Under the pieces are notes generated by a model. It saw nothing but the letters and a program-made list of their open reading frames with translations, searched no databases and had not been told where the DNA came from. Shown here piece by piece: positions 51,604-61,311 of a DNA stretch of 64,000 bases. Within the stretch, counting starts at the first letter, position 1. The number at the start of each line of letters is the position of its first letter. Both the position numbers and the translations under genes were made by a program. This stretch comes from Myxococcota bacterium (GTDB lineage: Bacteria > Myxococcota_A > UBA9160 > JAFDDA01): NCBI GenBank assembly GCA_965228475.1, contig OZ245817.1:1664001-1728000 (forward strand), in the 5' to 3' direction.

Positions 51604-53681
51604 TGGACGGCGGACGCAAGGAAATCGCGATCGGCGCGGCGTTCTTCTTCATCCTCGCGCTGCTGATCGTCCCGGTGCCGCCGGCGCTGCTGGACCTGCT
51701 GGTCTCGGTCTCGCTCACCCTCGGCCTGATCACCCTGCTGCTCGCGCTCTACGCCGAGCGGCCCCTCGAGTTCTCCGTCTTCCCGTCGCTCCTGCTGATG
51801 CTGACGCTCTTCCGGCTCGGACTGAACGTCGCGAGCACGCGTTTGATCCTCCTGCGCGGTGGCGACGGGGCGAGCGCCGCGGGCCACGTGATCGAGGCGT
51901 TCGGGAACTTCACCGTCGGCGGCAACTACGTCGTCGGTCTCGTGATCTTCTTCATCTTCGTGATCATCAACTTCATGGTCATCACGAAGGGCGCCGGGCG
52001 CATCGCCGAGGTGGCCGCGCGCTTCACCCTCGACGCCATGCCCGGCAAGCAGATGGCCATCGATGCGGACCTGAACCAGGGCGTGATCGACGACCAGGAG
52101 GCGGTGCAGCGCCGCTCGGACATCCAGCGTGAGGCGGACTTCTACGGCGCGATGGACGGCGCCAGCAAGTTCGTCAAGGGCGACGCGATGGCGGGCATCG
52201 TGATCATGCTGATCAACGTGATCGGCGGCCTCGTGATCGGCGTGGCCCAGCTCGGCCTGGGCTTCGAGGACGCGCTCGAGACCTACACGCTCCTGACCGT
52301 CGGGGACGGCCTCGTCTCCCAGGTCCCGGCGCTGGTGATCTCGACCGCCGCCGGTGTGATCGTGGCGCGGGCCGCGGCCGGGGCCCCCCTGGCCGAAGAG
52401 GTCCGCCAGCAGGTCTTCCTGCAGCCGCGCGCGCTCGGCGTCGCCTCGGTGATGCTCGGGGCGATGGCGCTCACGCCGGGTCTTCCCTTCGTGCCGTTCG
52501 CCGCGCTGGCCGCCGGTGCGGGCATCCTCGCGCGGACCGTCTCGAAACCCGAGGAGGAATCGGCCGCCGTCCCGGAGGAGGGAACGGAGGCCCCCGACCC
52601 GGAGGCCCAGGCCGCCGCCCAGGAGGCGGAGGTCAAGGGAGCCCTCGCGCTCGACGAGCTCGAACTGGAGATCGGCTACGGGCTCGTCGGCCTCGTGGAC
52701 CCCGAACGCGGGGGCGAGCTGCTGACACGCATCCGCGGCATCCGCAAACAGCTGGCTTCGGAGCTCGGGTTCGTCGTGCCCCTGGTCCACATCCGCGACA
52801 ACCTGCAGCTCGAACCGAACACGTATTCGATCCTGGTCCGCGGCAACCCGGTCGCGAAGGGCGAGGTTCCGCCCGGGCGCTGGCTCGCCCTGAAGGGCGA
52901 CCCGAACGCGCCGAAGGTTCCGGGCATCAAGACGAAGGATCCGGCCTTCGGCCTGCCGGCCGTCTGGGTGCAGGAGCGCGATCGCGAGCGCGCCTCGGCG
53001 TCCGGCTACGCCGTGGTCGACGCGTCGACCTCCGTGGCGACCCACCTCTCCGAGGTCATCCGGGGCCACGCTCCGGACCTGCTTTCGCGCCAACAGGTCC
53101 GCGAGCTGCTCGACCAGCTGGCGGAGACGGCGCCGAAGGTGGTCGAGGAGATCGTGCCGAACATCGTGCACGTCTCGGTCCTGCACCGGACGCTTCGCAG
53201 CCTGCTCGCCGAACGGGTCTCCGTGCGCGACCTGCCGACCATCCTCGAGACCCTGGCCGAGTACGCGCCGCGGATCCAGGATCCGGACCTGTTGACGGAC
53301 CTCGTGCGCGAGCGCCTCGGGCGGACCATCACGCGCCGCTACCAGACGCCGGAGGGCGCGCTGCGGGTGATCACCCTGGCGCCCGAAGTCGAAGACACCC
53401 TCCGGCAGGGCGTGCAGCGCTCGGACAGCGGTTCGTACCTCTCGGTCGACCCCCAGACCCTCGACCGGCTCGTGAAGGGGATCGAGGCCACCGTCGAACA
53501 GATCGGCGGGGTCTCGGACGGGCGCGGCCCGGTTCTCCTCTCGTCGCAGACGGTTCGCTCCCCGCTCCGGCAGATCCTCGGGCGCGTGCTCCCGCGGCTC
53601 GCCGTGGTTTCCCACAACGAACTCCCCTCGGACGTCCAGATCGTGGGCGACGGGATCGTGAGGCTCGCCGATGCACATTAA
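51603..53681 (+). CDS. flhA: Flagellar export gate protein FlhA
   Basis: RIAEVAARFTLDAMPGKQMAIDADL, FYGAMDGASKFVKGDA. Confidence 0.97.
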   Translation: MDGGRKEIAIGAAFFFILALLIVPVPPALLDLLVSVSLTLGLITLLLALYAERPLEFSVFPSLLLMLTLFRLGLNVASTRLILLRGGDGASAAGHVIEAFGNFTVGGNYVVGLVIFFIFVIINFMVITKGAGRIAEVAARFTLDAMPGKQMAIDADLNQGVIDDQEAVQRRSDIQREADFYGAMDGASKFVKGDAMAGIVIMLINVIGGLVIGVAQLGLGFEDALETYTLLTVGDGLVSQVPALVISTAAGVIVARAAAGAPLAEEVRQQVFLQPRALGVASVMLGAMALTPGLPFVPFAALAAGAGILARTVSKPEEESAAVPEEGTEAPDPEAQAAAQEAEVKGALALDELELEIGYGLVGLVDPERGGELLTRIRGIRKQLASELGFVVPLVHIRDNLQLEPNTYSILVRGNPVAKGEVPPGRWLALKGDPNAPKVPGIKTKDPAFGLPAVWVQERDRERASASGYAVVDASTSVATHLSEVIRGHAPDLLSRQQVRELLDQLAETAPKVVEEIVPNIVHVSVLHRTLRSLLAERVSVRDLPTILETLAEYAPRIQDPDLLTDLVRERLGRTITRRYQTPEGALRVITLAPEVEDTLRQGVQRSDSGSYLSVDPQTLDRLVKGIEATVEQIGGVSDGRGPVLLSSQTVRSPLRQILGRVLPRLAVVSHNELPSDVQIVGDGIVRLADAH

Positions 53682-54849
53682 ACGTTTCTCGGCGCCGACC
53701 ATGCTCGAGGCCGTGCAGCAGGTGAAGGCCGCGCTCGGGCCGGATGCGCTCGTGCTCGACACGCGAACGGTCCGGAAGGGGCAGGGGCCCTTCGGCCTGC
53801 TCGGCCGAACGTGGGTCGAGGTCACGGCCGCGGCCGAGCGGAGCGAAGCGACGACGGACTCCCCCGAGTCACGAAGGTCCACGAGAGCGGCCGCGCCGCA
53901 CGAAGGGGAGGGCCGCGTCGACGCGAACGTCGCGCGCGAACTCCGCGCCCTGCGCGAACGGATCGACGGTCTGGACCGCGCCGGCGCGAACCAGGACGAA
54001 GCGCTCCAGGAACTCGCGGAGCTCCGGGCCTGGACGGCCGAGCTCGCCCGCGGACGAAGGCCGGAAGGCGAGGGGCCCATCGAAACCCGGCTCGCTGGTC
54101 ACCTGCTCGCCGGTGGGCTCGCCCCGCGCCATGCGTGGGTCCTCGGGCGCGCGGCTGCGGCCCGGCCCGAGGTCGGCCAGGACGAGCGCGCCGCCCTGGC
54201 GGCCGCGCTGCGGGCGGAACTCGACGATCGCATGCTCCCGCCCCGGGCCGACGACGGCATCGAGGTCGAGTTCTTCGTCGGCCCGACCGGCGCCGGCAAG
54301 ACCACGACCCTGGCCAAGCTGGCGGCGCGCGGGAGGGAGGAGCCTGGCGGCGTCGCGCTGGTCACCACCGACGTCCATCGTCTGGGCGCGGTCGAGCAGC
54401 TCGAACGCTACGCCGGGAGCCTCGGCGTCCCCTTTGCGACGGCCGGCGACGCCGAAGCGCTCGGGGAGCGCATCCGGGCACGGCCCGCGCGACGGGTGCT
54501 CGTCGACACGGCGGGCCGCAGTGCCGATCCCGAAGCCCTCGCCGGCCTACGCCGCCTGCGCGATGCGGCGGGCGGCCCCACGCGAGTGAGTCTGGTGCTC
54601 TCGGCCACGGCCGGCGCCGAGCAGCTCGCGCACGAACGCGAGCGCTACGCACCGCTCGGACCGGAGGCGCTCGTGCTGACGAAACTCGACGAGTGCGTCT
54701 CCTTCGCACCCGCCGCGAATCTGCTCCTCGACGAGACCACGCCTCCGCTGTCCTGGACGGCGACGGGACAGCGCGTCCCGGAGGACCTCCGCGTCGCCGA
54801 GCCCGAACCGTTCGCGCACGCGCTGCTCGGCGTGGAGGGCCGCCCGTGA
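53671..54849 (+). CDS. flhF: SRP-family GTPase FlhF
   Basis: LGPDALVL, GPTGAGKTTTLAKLA, DTAGRS, TKLDE, GQRVPEDL. Confidence 0.93.
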   Translation: MHIKRFSAPTMLEAVQQVKAALGPDALVLDTRTVRKGQGPFGLLGRTWVEVTAAAERSEATTDSPESRRSTRAAAPHEGEGRVDANVARELRALRERIDGLDRAGANQDEALQELAELRAWTAELARGRRPEGEGPIETRLAGHLLAGGLAPRHAWVLGRAAAARPEVGQDERAALAAALRAELDDRMLPPRADDGIEVEFFVGPTGAGKTTTLAKLAARGREEPGGVALVTTDVHRLGAVEQLERYAGSLGVPFATAGDAEALGERIRARPARRVLVDTAGRSADPEALAGLRRLRDAAGGPTRVSLVLSATAGAEQLAHERERYAPLGPEALVLTKLDECVSFAPAANLLLDETTPPLSWTATGQRVPEDLRVAEPEPFAHALLGVEGRP

Positions 54850-55661
54850 GCGCGCCGCGGCCGGTGGCCGTCGTCAGTGGGAAGGGTGGCGTCGGGAAGA
54901 CGCACCTGGTCGTGAACCTCGGCGTGGCCGCGGCTGCGCGGGGCACGCGCGTGCTGGTCGTGGACGGGGATCTCGGTCTGGCGAACATCGACGTCCTGCT
55001 CGGCCTCGTCCCCGAGCGCTCGATCGCGGACGTGGTCGCCGGCGAATGCAGCCTCTCCGAGGCCCTGCTGCCCGGCCCGGGCGGGATCCACGTGCTGCCC
55101 GCGGCGTCGGGGCGGAGCGAGCTCGCCGCCCTCGGCGGGAACCGTCTCACGCGTCTGGTCGCCGAGCTCTGGAACGCGGCGCGGGAGTTCGACCTGGTCT
55201 TGATCGACGCCGGCGCCGGCATCGGCTCCTCCGTCGTCGGGCTCGCAGCGGCGTGCACGCGCGGCCTGCTCGTCACGACCCCCGAGCCGACCAGCCTGGC
55301 GGACGCGTACGCGACCCGGAAGGTGCTGCGTCACTATGCCCCGGCCCTGGATCTCTCCCTCGTCGTGAACCACGCCAAGAGCGAGCTCGAGGCCCATCGC
55401 ACCCACACCCAGCTCGATCGACTCTCACGCCGGTTTCTCTCGGCGCCGATCGCGCTCTCCGGGTTCCTTCCGCGCGACCCCAAGGTCGGGGAAGCCGCCC
55501 GTCTGCAGCAGCCGGTGTCGCTGGCCTTCCCGCAGTCGCCCTTCGCGCGCCGTCTCCTGCCCCTCGCCGACGCCCTCGTCACCGTCGCCCGGAAACCCGG
55601 ATCGAAGCCCGCGCCCCAACCCATCCCACGCCGCAACCCAGCCGGAGTCACCCCATCATGA
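54846..55661 (+). CDS. flhG: MinD-like ATPase FlhG/FleN
   Basis: SGKGGVGKT, DGDLGLANIDVLLG, TPEPTSLADAY. Confidence 0.93.
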   Translation: MSAPRPVAVVSGKGGVGKTHLVVNLGVAAAARGTRVLVVDGDLGLANIDVLLGLVPERSIADVVAGECSLSEALLPGPGGIHVLPAASGRSELAALGGNRLTRLVAELWNAAREFDLVLIDAGAGIGSSVVGLAAACTRGLLVTTPEPTSLADAYATRKVLRHYAPALDLSLVVNHAKSELEAHRTHTQLDRLSRRFLSAPIALSGFLPRDPKVGEAARLQQPVSLAFPQSPFARRLLPLADALVTVARKPGSKPAPQPIPRRNPAGVTPS

Positions 55662-56512
55662 ACACCAAACTGAGCCGCTACCTGAACAAGGTCGGAGACC
55701 TCCCGACCGTGCCGATGGTCGCGCAGAAGGTCATGCAGCTCGTCGAGAACCCCGAGACGAGCGTCGACGACCTGAAGCGGGTGATCGAGACCGATCCGGC
55801 GATCGCGAGCCGCATCCTGAAGGTGGCGAACTCGTCGCTCTACGGGTTCTCACGTTCGATCGAGACCCTCGCCCACGCGATTTCGCTGCTCGGTTTCCGG
55901 ACCGTGCGCAGCCTGGTGATGGCCGCCTCCCTGAATCAGTCGTTCCGCCACTTCGGCCTGACGGAGAAGCTCCTCTGGGAGCACGCGATCGTCGCGAGCA
56001 CGGTCTCCGGCGCGCTCGGCGAGTACGGCGGCATCGGCATCCCGCGCGAGGAAGCCTTCACCGTGGGCCTCTTGCACGACCTCGGCAAGATCGCGCTCTC
56101 GAACTGCTCCCACGACGAATACGACGACGTGATCCGCACGACCTACAACGACGGCCGCAGCTTCGCCGACGTCGAACGGGAGGTCTTCGGCTTCGACCAT
56201 GCGGAGATCGGCGCCCAGGTCGCCCGGAAGTGGAAGCTCCCCGGGAACCTCGAGGCGGCCATCCGGTACCACCACGAGCCGGAGAGCCTGGCGAAGCTCA
56301 CGCCCGAGGAAGGCCGCATGACGGCGCTCGCCACCGTGACCACGAGCCTGTGCACGCGGCTCGGCGTGGGCCGCCGGGGCCCCATCGAGGAGATCGACGT
56401 CCCGGCGATGCCGGCGTGGTCCTACCTCGGCTTGAAGGATTCGGACTGGGAAGAGGTCTGGGCCTTGACCCAGGAGCAACACGAACACTCCGCGGGGTTC
56501 ACATCGCCCTAG
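55658..56512 (+). CDS. HDOD-domain protein
   Basis: LPTVP, DPAIASRILKVANSSLYG, GLLHDLGK, FDHAEIG, W.LP, YHH; ATGA overlap with flhG. Confidence 0.92.
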   Translation: MNTKLSRYLNKVGDLPTVPMVAQKVMQLVENPETSVDDLKRVIETDPAIASRILKVANSSLYGFSRSIETLAHAISLLGFRTVRSLVMAASLNQSFRHFGLTEKLLWEHAIVASTVSGALGEYGGIGIPREEAFTVGLLHDLGKIALSNCSHDEYDDVIRTTYNDGRSFADVEREVFGFDHAEIGAQVARKWKLPGNLEAAIRYHHEPESLAKLTPEEGRMTALATVTTSLCTRLGVGRRGPIEEIDVPAMPAWSYLGLKDSDWEEVWALTQEQHEHSAGFTSP

Positions 56513-56537
56513 CGGAAGGTGATTCGGAGGACGCGCC

Positions 56538-56732
56538 ATGGCTGGAGGAGACGGAGTCACCCTCCCCCCGATCGAGCGCCCGGCGGTACCGGAGCCCGTC
56601 GCGGAAGTGGACCGCGACCGGCAGCGCCGGCGCCAGGAGCGGGAGAAGCGCAAGAAGAAGCCGTCCGGGAAGTCCGACGACGACAAGCCGGTCGAGGACG
56701 GCAAGGGCGAACGCGTCGACATCCGCGCCTAG
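56538..56732 (+). CDS. 64-aa charged protein, unknown function
   Basis: GGAGG RBS; ends KGERVDIRA. Confidence 0.65.
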   Translation: MAGGDGVTLPPIERPAVPEPVAEVDRDRQRRRQEREKRKKKPSGKSDDDKPVEDGKGERVDIRA

Positions 56733-56762
56733 CGCGGAGCGGGTCCCGGCTCGAGACCGGCG

Positions 56763-58130
56763 TTAGTCGCTCGGCGGCGGCGATGCGACGTCGACGGTCA
56801 GCTCGCGAAGCTGTCGTGCCGCGTCGGCTTCGATTCGCTCCCGGTCGGCCTCGATCGACCGGCGGATCGCAGCGTCCTCGCCGGCCGCGACCTCGAGCTC
56901 GCGCCCACCCTTGCGGGAGAGGCGGCTCCGCCGCTCCTCGAGTTCCGCCGGAATGAACGCCCGCGCGGACCCGGGCGCGTAGTGCACCTCGCGCTCGACG
57001 GCGACCGGAATGCCGGCCACGACCGCACGAACCCGGAGCCGGTTGCGTCCGGGCACGAGCGGAACGAGCGCGTCGAAGCGGCCGTCCCGGGAGAGGTGCA
57101 TGCGGTGGGCGCCGCGTTGACGCGTCAGGTTCTCGATCGCGAACTCTTCCAGCCCGCGCAGGGGAAGGGATTGCACGGCGACGTTCAGGTCCTGGGCCCG
57201 CCGCACGGGCGTGAAGACGCCCCCCGTCCGCCGGGCCATCTCGACGGTGGCGAGGGGGCGCGCCAGGGCTTCGGGCCCCACGGCGAAGCTGAAGACGCGG
57301 ACCCCGTGCGCCGCCGCGCGCTCGGCGGCGTGCAACACGGCGATCTCGTTGTCGCGTTCCTCGGCGTGGGGGTGGGTCGGCGTGCCGTCGGTGAAGAACA
57401 CGACGACGGGCTGCGCTTCCGGGTCCGGCTTCGACCAGCCCCGGCCCACGAGCTCGTCGACGGCGCGGTCGAGCGCCCCGGCCATGTTGGTGCTCCCGCC
57501 GGCTCCCTCGCGCTCGATGCGATCGAGGCCTTCCGCCAGGACGTCGGTGTCGCGGGTCAGGGTGACCTCGGTCCAGGCGCCGTGTCCGGGCCGGGGCGGG
57601 TCGAAACGGTCGCCCGCCGAAAAGGCGATCAGCCCGATCCGGGTATCGCGCGGATCGACGTCCGAGAGCAGGATGCGCGCGGATTCGAGTTCGGTCCGCA
57701 GGATGCTGACGTCGCGCTCCCGGGGTGTCCCTCGGACGCGCTCCCGGACGCGGTCGACGTTCGGACGGGTCGGGCGCTCGGTCGAACCCGACACGTCGAG
57801 GACGAAGATGGCGTCGACGCGGCCGGGCGTCCCGAAGGGCGCGTCGATCCGGCCCGCGAGGTAGGCCTCGCCTCCGAAGCTGAAGACGGTCCCATCGTCC
57901 GGATACTCGAGGCCGAGGTCCACGCGCGTCGGCGGCCCGGGGCGCCGCGGTGCGATCGCGAGGCGCGCGGCCTCGGCGGGAGCGAGCTCCCTCAGCGGCG
58001 GCGCGGAAGACTTCGAGAGCGCCTCTTCGGGAATGCGCAGGGGATCGAGGTCGTCGGCCCGAGCCGGACCCGGCGCCGTCGGCGCGAAACCCAGGGCAGC
58101 GAGAACGGCGATGCAGAGCAGCAGGCGCAT
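56763..58130 (-). CDS. Secreted vWA-domain protein, paralog of 39114-41306
   Basis: Signal peptide; LDVSGST, GSTN, FFTDG; LVPLVPGRNRL; helical tail. Confidence 0.85.
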   Translation of the reverse strand: MRLLLCIAVLAALGFAPTAPGPARADDLDPLRIPEEALSKSSAPPLRELAPAEAARLAIAPRRPGPPTRVDLGLEYPDDGTVFSFGGEAYLAGRIDAPFGTPGRVDAIFVLDVSGSTERPTRPNVDRVRERVRGTPRERDVSILRTELESARILLSDVDPRDTRIGLIAFSAGDRFDPPRPGHGAWTEVTLTRDTDVLAEGLDRIEREGAGGSTNMAGALDRAVDELVGRGWSKPDPEAQPVVVFFTDGTPTHPHAEERDNEIAVLHAAERAAAHGVRVFSFAVGPEALARPLATVEMARRTGGVFTPVRRAQDLNVAVQSLPLRGLEEFAIENLTRQRGAHRMHLSRDGRFDALVPLVPGRNRLRVRAVVAGIPVAVEREVHYAPGSARAFIPAELEERRSRLSRKGGRELEVAAGEDAAIRRSIEADRERIEADAARQLRELTVDVASPPPSD

Positions 58131-58185
58131 CGCTCGAAGCTAGCGATTCGCGCCCGGCCCGCGCGGTTTCCCGCTGAAACCCGCC

Positions 58186-58200
58186 CGGCAAGAGTTGCCG
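58186..58200. promoter_or_regulatory. Putative enhancer (sigma54 activator site)
   Basis: Perfect inverted repeat CGGCAA-GAG-TTGCCG about 80-90 bp upstream of the -24/-12 promoter. Confidence 0.6.
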
Positions 58201-58276
58201 AGGGCCGCTCCCCCCGAGCGGGCCCGATCAGGCAAAAAGCGAAGCGATTTCAGAGGTTTTCCGCGCCACCCGCCGG

Positions 58277-58292
58277 TGGCACGCGCCTTGCT
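58277..58292 (+). promoter_or_regulatory. sigma54 (-24/-12) promoter of the flgF operon
   Basis: TGGCAC-GCGCC-TTGCT, a full consensus match. Confidence 0.9.
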
Positions 58293-58315
58293 CTAAGGGA
58301 GGCCGGGAGGTTCCC

Positions 58316-59050
58316 ATGCCCGACGAACTGTTCGTCTCCGCAAGCGGTGCGAAGGCTCGGCTGCGCCAGCTCGAGGTCGTCTCGAACAACCTCGCGAACG
58401 CCAACACGGTGGGGTTCCGGCGGGATCAGACGGCTTTCTCCGCGACGCTGAACGCCCAGATTCGCTTCGAGGACGGCCCCGCGCGGGGCGCCGATGCCAT
58501 GTCCTTCGTCGAGATCGACGGCGCGAGCATCGACACGCGGCCCGGCACGATCACCCGGACGGGCTCGCCGCTCGACGTCGCGATCCAGGGCGAAGGCTAC
58601 TTCGAACTGTTGAGTCCCGAGGGCCCGCGCTACACGCGCGCCGGGGATTTCTCGATCGGCGCCAACCGGCAGCTCTCGACGAAGCAGGGGATCCCGGTGG
58701 CCGGAGACGGTGGACCGATCGAACTCGGGGACCGGCCCGTGGAGATCGTCGCGAGCGGTGAGATCGTCGACGATCAGGGCCAGACGCTCGGCCGCCTGAA
58801 GGTGGTGGAGATCGACGCGGCCGACCTCGTGAAGGAAGGCTCGAACCGCTTCACGCTCGCCGAGGGCGCCGTCGTGCGCCCGCTCGCGAACGTCCAGCTC
58901 GCCGAACGCTCCGTGGAAGGCTCGAACGTCCAGACCGTTCGCGCCCTGGCGGAGCTGATGATGATTCAACGCTCCTTCGAGGCCAGTCTGCAGACGCTAC
59001 AGGCCAGCGACGGCGCGACCCAAGCATTGTTGAGGGAGATCTCGCAGTAA
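58316..59050 (+). CDS. flgF: Flagellar basal-body rod protein FlgF
   Basis: SNNLANANTVGF, TGSPLDVAI, YTRAG, EGSNV; precedes flgG. Confidence 0.9.
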   Translation: MPDELFVSASGAKARLRQLEVVSNNLANANTVGFRRDQTAFSATLNAQIRFEDGPARGADAMSFVEIDGASIDTRPGTITRTGSPLDVAIQGEGYFELLSPEGPRYTRAGDFSIGANRQLSTKQGIPVAGDGGPIELGDRPVEIVASGEIVDDQGQTLGRLKVVEIDAADLVKEGSNRFTLAEGAVVRPLANVQLAERSVEGSNVQTVRALAELMMIQRSFEASLQTLQASDGATQALLREISQ

Positions 59051-59835
59051 TGAGAGCACTGTTCACGGCGGCCACGGGCATGGAGGCGCAGCAGCTGCGC
59101 ATCGACAACATCGCCAACAACCTGGCCAACATCGGGACCACTGGCTTCAAGAAGACGCGCGCGGAGTTCCAGGACCTCTTCTACGAGATCCTGCAGACGC
59201 CGGGCGCGACCTCCTCGACGGGCGAACAGCTCCCGACGGGCGTGCAGATCGGCCACGGCGTGAAGGTCTCGGGCACCCAGCGCATCTTCACCCAGGGCGA
59301 CCGCACCCAGACCGGCCGGGACCTCGACTTCACCGTCGACGGGGACGGCTTCTTCCAGGTGCAGCGCAGCGGCGGTGAGACCGTCTACACCCGCGACGGC
59401 TCCTTCAAGCTCGACAGCCAGGGCAACCTCGTCACCGCCCAGGGCTACCCAATGATCCCGGGCATCCAGATTCCGACGGACACGATCGCCCTGACCGTGC
59501 TCGACGATGGGACGGTCTCGGGCCTGATCGCCGGCGATACGGACGCGACGAACCTCGGCCAGATCGAGCTCGCGCGCTTCGCGAACCCGTCGGGCCTGCG
59601 CGCCCTGGGCAACAACTTCTTCGTGCCGACCGAGGCCTCGGGGAACCCGGAGACGGGCACCCCGGGCGCCGATGGCTACGGCTCGATCACCCAGGGGATG
59701 CTCGAGGCCTCGAACGTGAACGTCGCCGAGGAGCTCGTCCAGATGATCCTCGCGCAGCGGGCGTTCGAGCTGAACTCGCGCGTCATCCAGACCGGCGACC
59801 AGATGCTCCAGGCCGCTGCGGCGCTCTCGCGCTGA
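59050..59835 (+). CDS. flgG: Flagellar distal rod protein FlgG
   Basis: ANNLAN..TTGFKK.RAEFQDL, YTRDGSF, LEASNVN. Confidence 0.96.
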   Translation: MRALFTAATGMEAQQLRIDNIANNLANIGTTGFKKTRAEFQDLFYEILQTPGATSSTGEQLPTGVQIGHGVKVSGTQRIFTQGDRTQTGRDLDFTVDGDGFFQVQRSGGETVYTRDGSFKLDSQGNLVTAQGYPMIPGIQIPTDTIALTVLDDGTVSGLIAGDTDATNLGQIELARFANPSGLRALGNNFFVPTEASGNPETGTPGADGYGSITQGMLEASNVNVAEELVQMILAQRAFELNSRVIQTGDQMLQAAAALSR

Positions 59836-60566
59836 TGCGTAGCCATCGCCCGGCCAGGCTCTGGGTTTCGTTCCGCGCAGCGCTCGCCGCTTCGCTGGCG
59901 CTGGCGTCGGCCGTGGTGGGTGCCCCGGCGTCCGCGGCGCCCGAGGACGCCCTCCGCCGCCAGCTCGAGCGCTACGTCGAAGAGCGCGCGCCGGTGCCGC
60001 CCACCTCGATCGAGATTCCGTCGCTCACGGACTTCGCCATTGCGTGGGAAGCGCCCGGCGAGGTTCGCGTCGTCTTCACGACGGCCCCGCAGCGTTTCCT
60101 CGGGAGCGTGCCGGTCACGATCACGGTCTACGTCGAGGGGGAGGCGGTGAAGCGCGGCGTGGTGACCACCCGCGTGCGAGCGGAGCAGACGATCTACCTG
60201 ACGGCCCGGGCGCTCGAACGGGGCGCGCTGGTGCATCGTCAGGATCTGCGGGAGGAGCGCCGCGACGTCTCGAACATCCCGACCGGTGCCCTCGCCGACC
60301 CGGGCGAGATCGTCGGCAAGCGAACGACCCGGGCGCTGCCTTCGGGCTCGGTCTGGCTGCCCAGCCACCTGAGAACGCCCCAGATCGTCACCCGCGGTCA
60401 GGTCGTGCGGCTGAACTTCCGCAGCGGGGCCCTCGCCATCGAGGGGCTCGGCAAGGCACGCCAGGACGGCCGGCCCGGCGAACGCATTCGCGTGATCAAC
60501 GTGGACACGCGCCGCGAGGTCGTCGGCATCGTCACGCCGGCTGGGGAGGTGGACGTTGCGCTCTAG
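59835..60566 (+). CDS. flgA: P-ring assembly chaperone FlgA
   Basis: Signal peptide, SAF domain, GKARQDGRPGERIRVIN. Confidence 0.9.
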   Translation: MRSHRPARLWVSFRAALAASLALASAVVGAPASAAPEDALRRQLERYVEERAPVPPTSIEIPSLTDFAIAWEAPGEVRVVFTTAPQRFLGSVPVTITVYVEGEAVKRGVVTTRVRAEQTIYLTARALERGALVHRQDLREERRDVSNIPTGALADPGEIVGKRTTRALPSGSVWLPSHLRTPQIVTRGQVVRLNFRSGALAIEGLGKARQDGRPGERIRVINVDTRREVVGIVTPAGEVDVAL

Positions 60567-61311
60567 GCTCGTGACCCTCGCGACGGTGCTCGCCTCCGCG
60601 CTGACGCTCGGCTGTGTCGAGAACGCGATCATGCAGCAGCGCGTGCCCTTCGAGTACGGTGCGCTCCCGGCGCCGGAGCCTCCGGGCCCGAGCGAGGGCG
60701 CCATCTGGCCCGGGGATACCCGGGGCGGCTCGTTCCTTTTCTTCGACTCGAAGGCTCGCGCGATCGGCGACCTCGTCACGATCCGCATCAACGAGGACCT
60801 CGAGGCCGACAGCGAGGCCAACACCGACGTCGGGCGAAGTGCGAGCCACGGGCTCTCGCTCTCCTCGGACGTGGGCTTCCAGGCGCTGGCCGAGAAGGGC
60901 GCCGAGAAGCTCCTGGCCCTGCTCGGGATCGGCAACGACCGCAGCTCCCCGGAGACCGCGAGCGGCACCAGCCTGAACGTGCTGACGACCTCGACCTCGA
61001 GCGACTTCTCGGGCGACGGCGCGACGGACCGCAAGGGCAGCTTCACCGGCATGATGACCTGCCGCGTCGTGAACGTGCTGCCGAGCGGCGTCTATCACAT
61101 CCAGGGCCGCCGCCAGATCATCGTCAACCACGAAGCGCAGTGGATCACGCTCGAAGCGCTCGTCCGCCAGGAAGACATCGGGATCGACAACATGGTCGAC
61201 TCGACCAAGCTCGCCGAGGCGCGCCTCTCCTTCGATGGGATCGGCGTGATCGACGACAAGCAGCGGCCCGGCTGGGTCGCGAGGGTGCTCGATTGGGTGT
61301 ATCCGTTCTGA
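60556..61311 (+). CDS. flgH: L-ring lipoprotein FlgH
   Basis: Lipobox LTLGC; FFDSKARAIGDLVTI..E; C-terminal PGW...YPF. Confidence 0.93.
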   Translation: MRSRLVTLATVLASALTLGCVENAIMQQRVPFEYGALPAPEPPGPSEGAIWPGDTRGGSFLFFDSKARAIGDLVTIRINEDLEADSEANTDVGRSASHGLSLSSDVGFQALAEKGAEKLLALLGIGNDRSSPETASGTSLNVLTTSTSSDFSGDGATDRKGSFTGMMTCRVVNVLPSGVYHIQGRRQIIVNHEAQWITLEALVRQEDIGIDNMVDSTKLAEARLSFDGIGVIDDKQRPGWVARVLDWVYPF

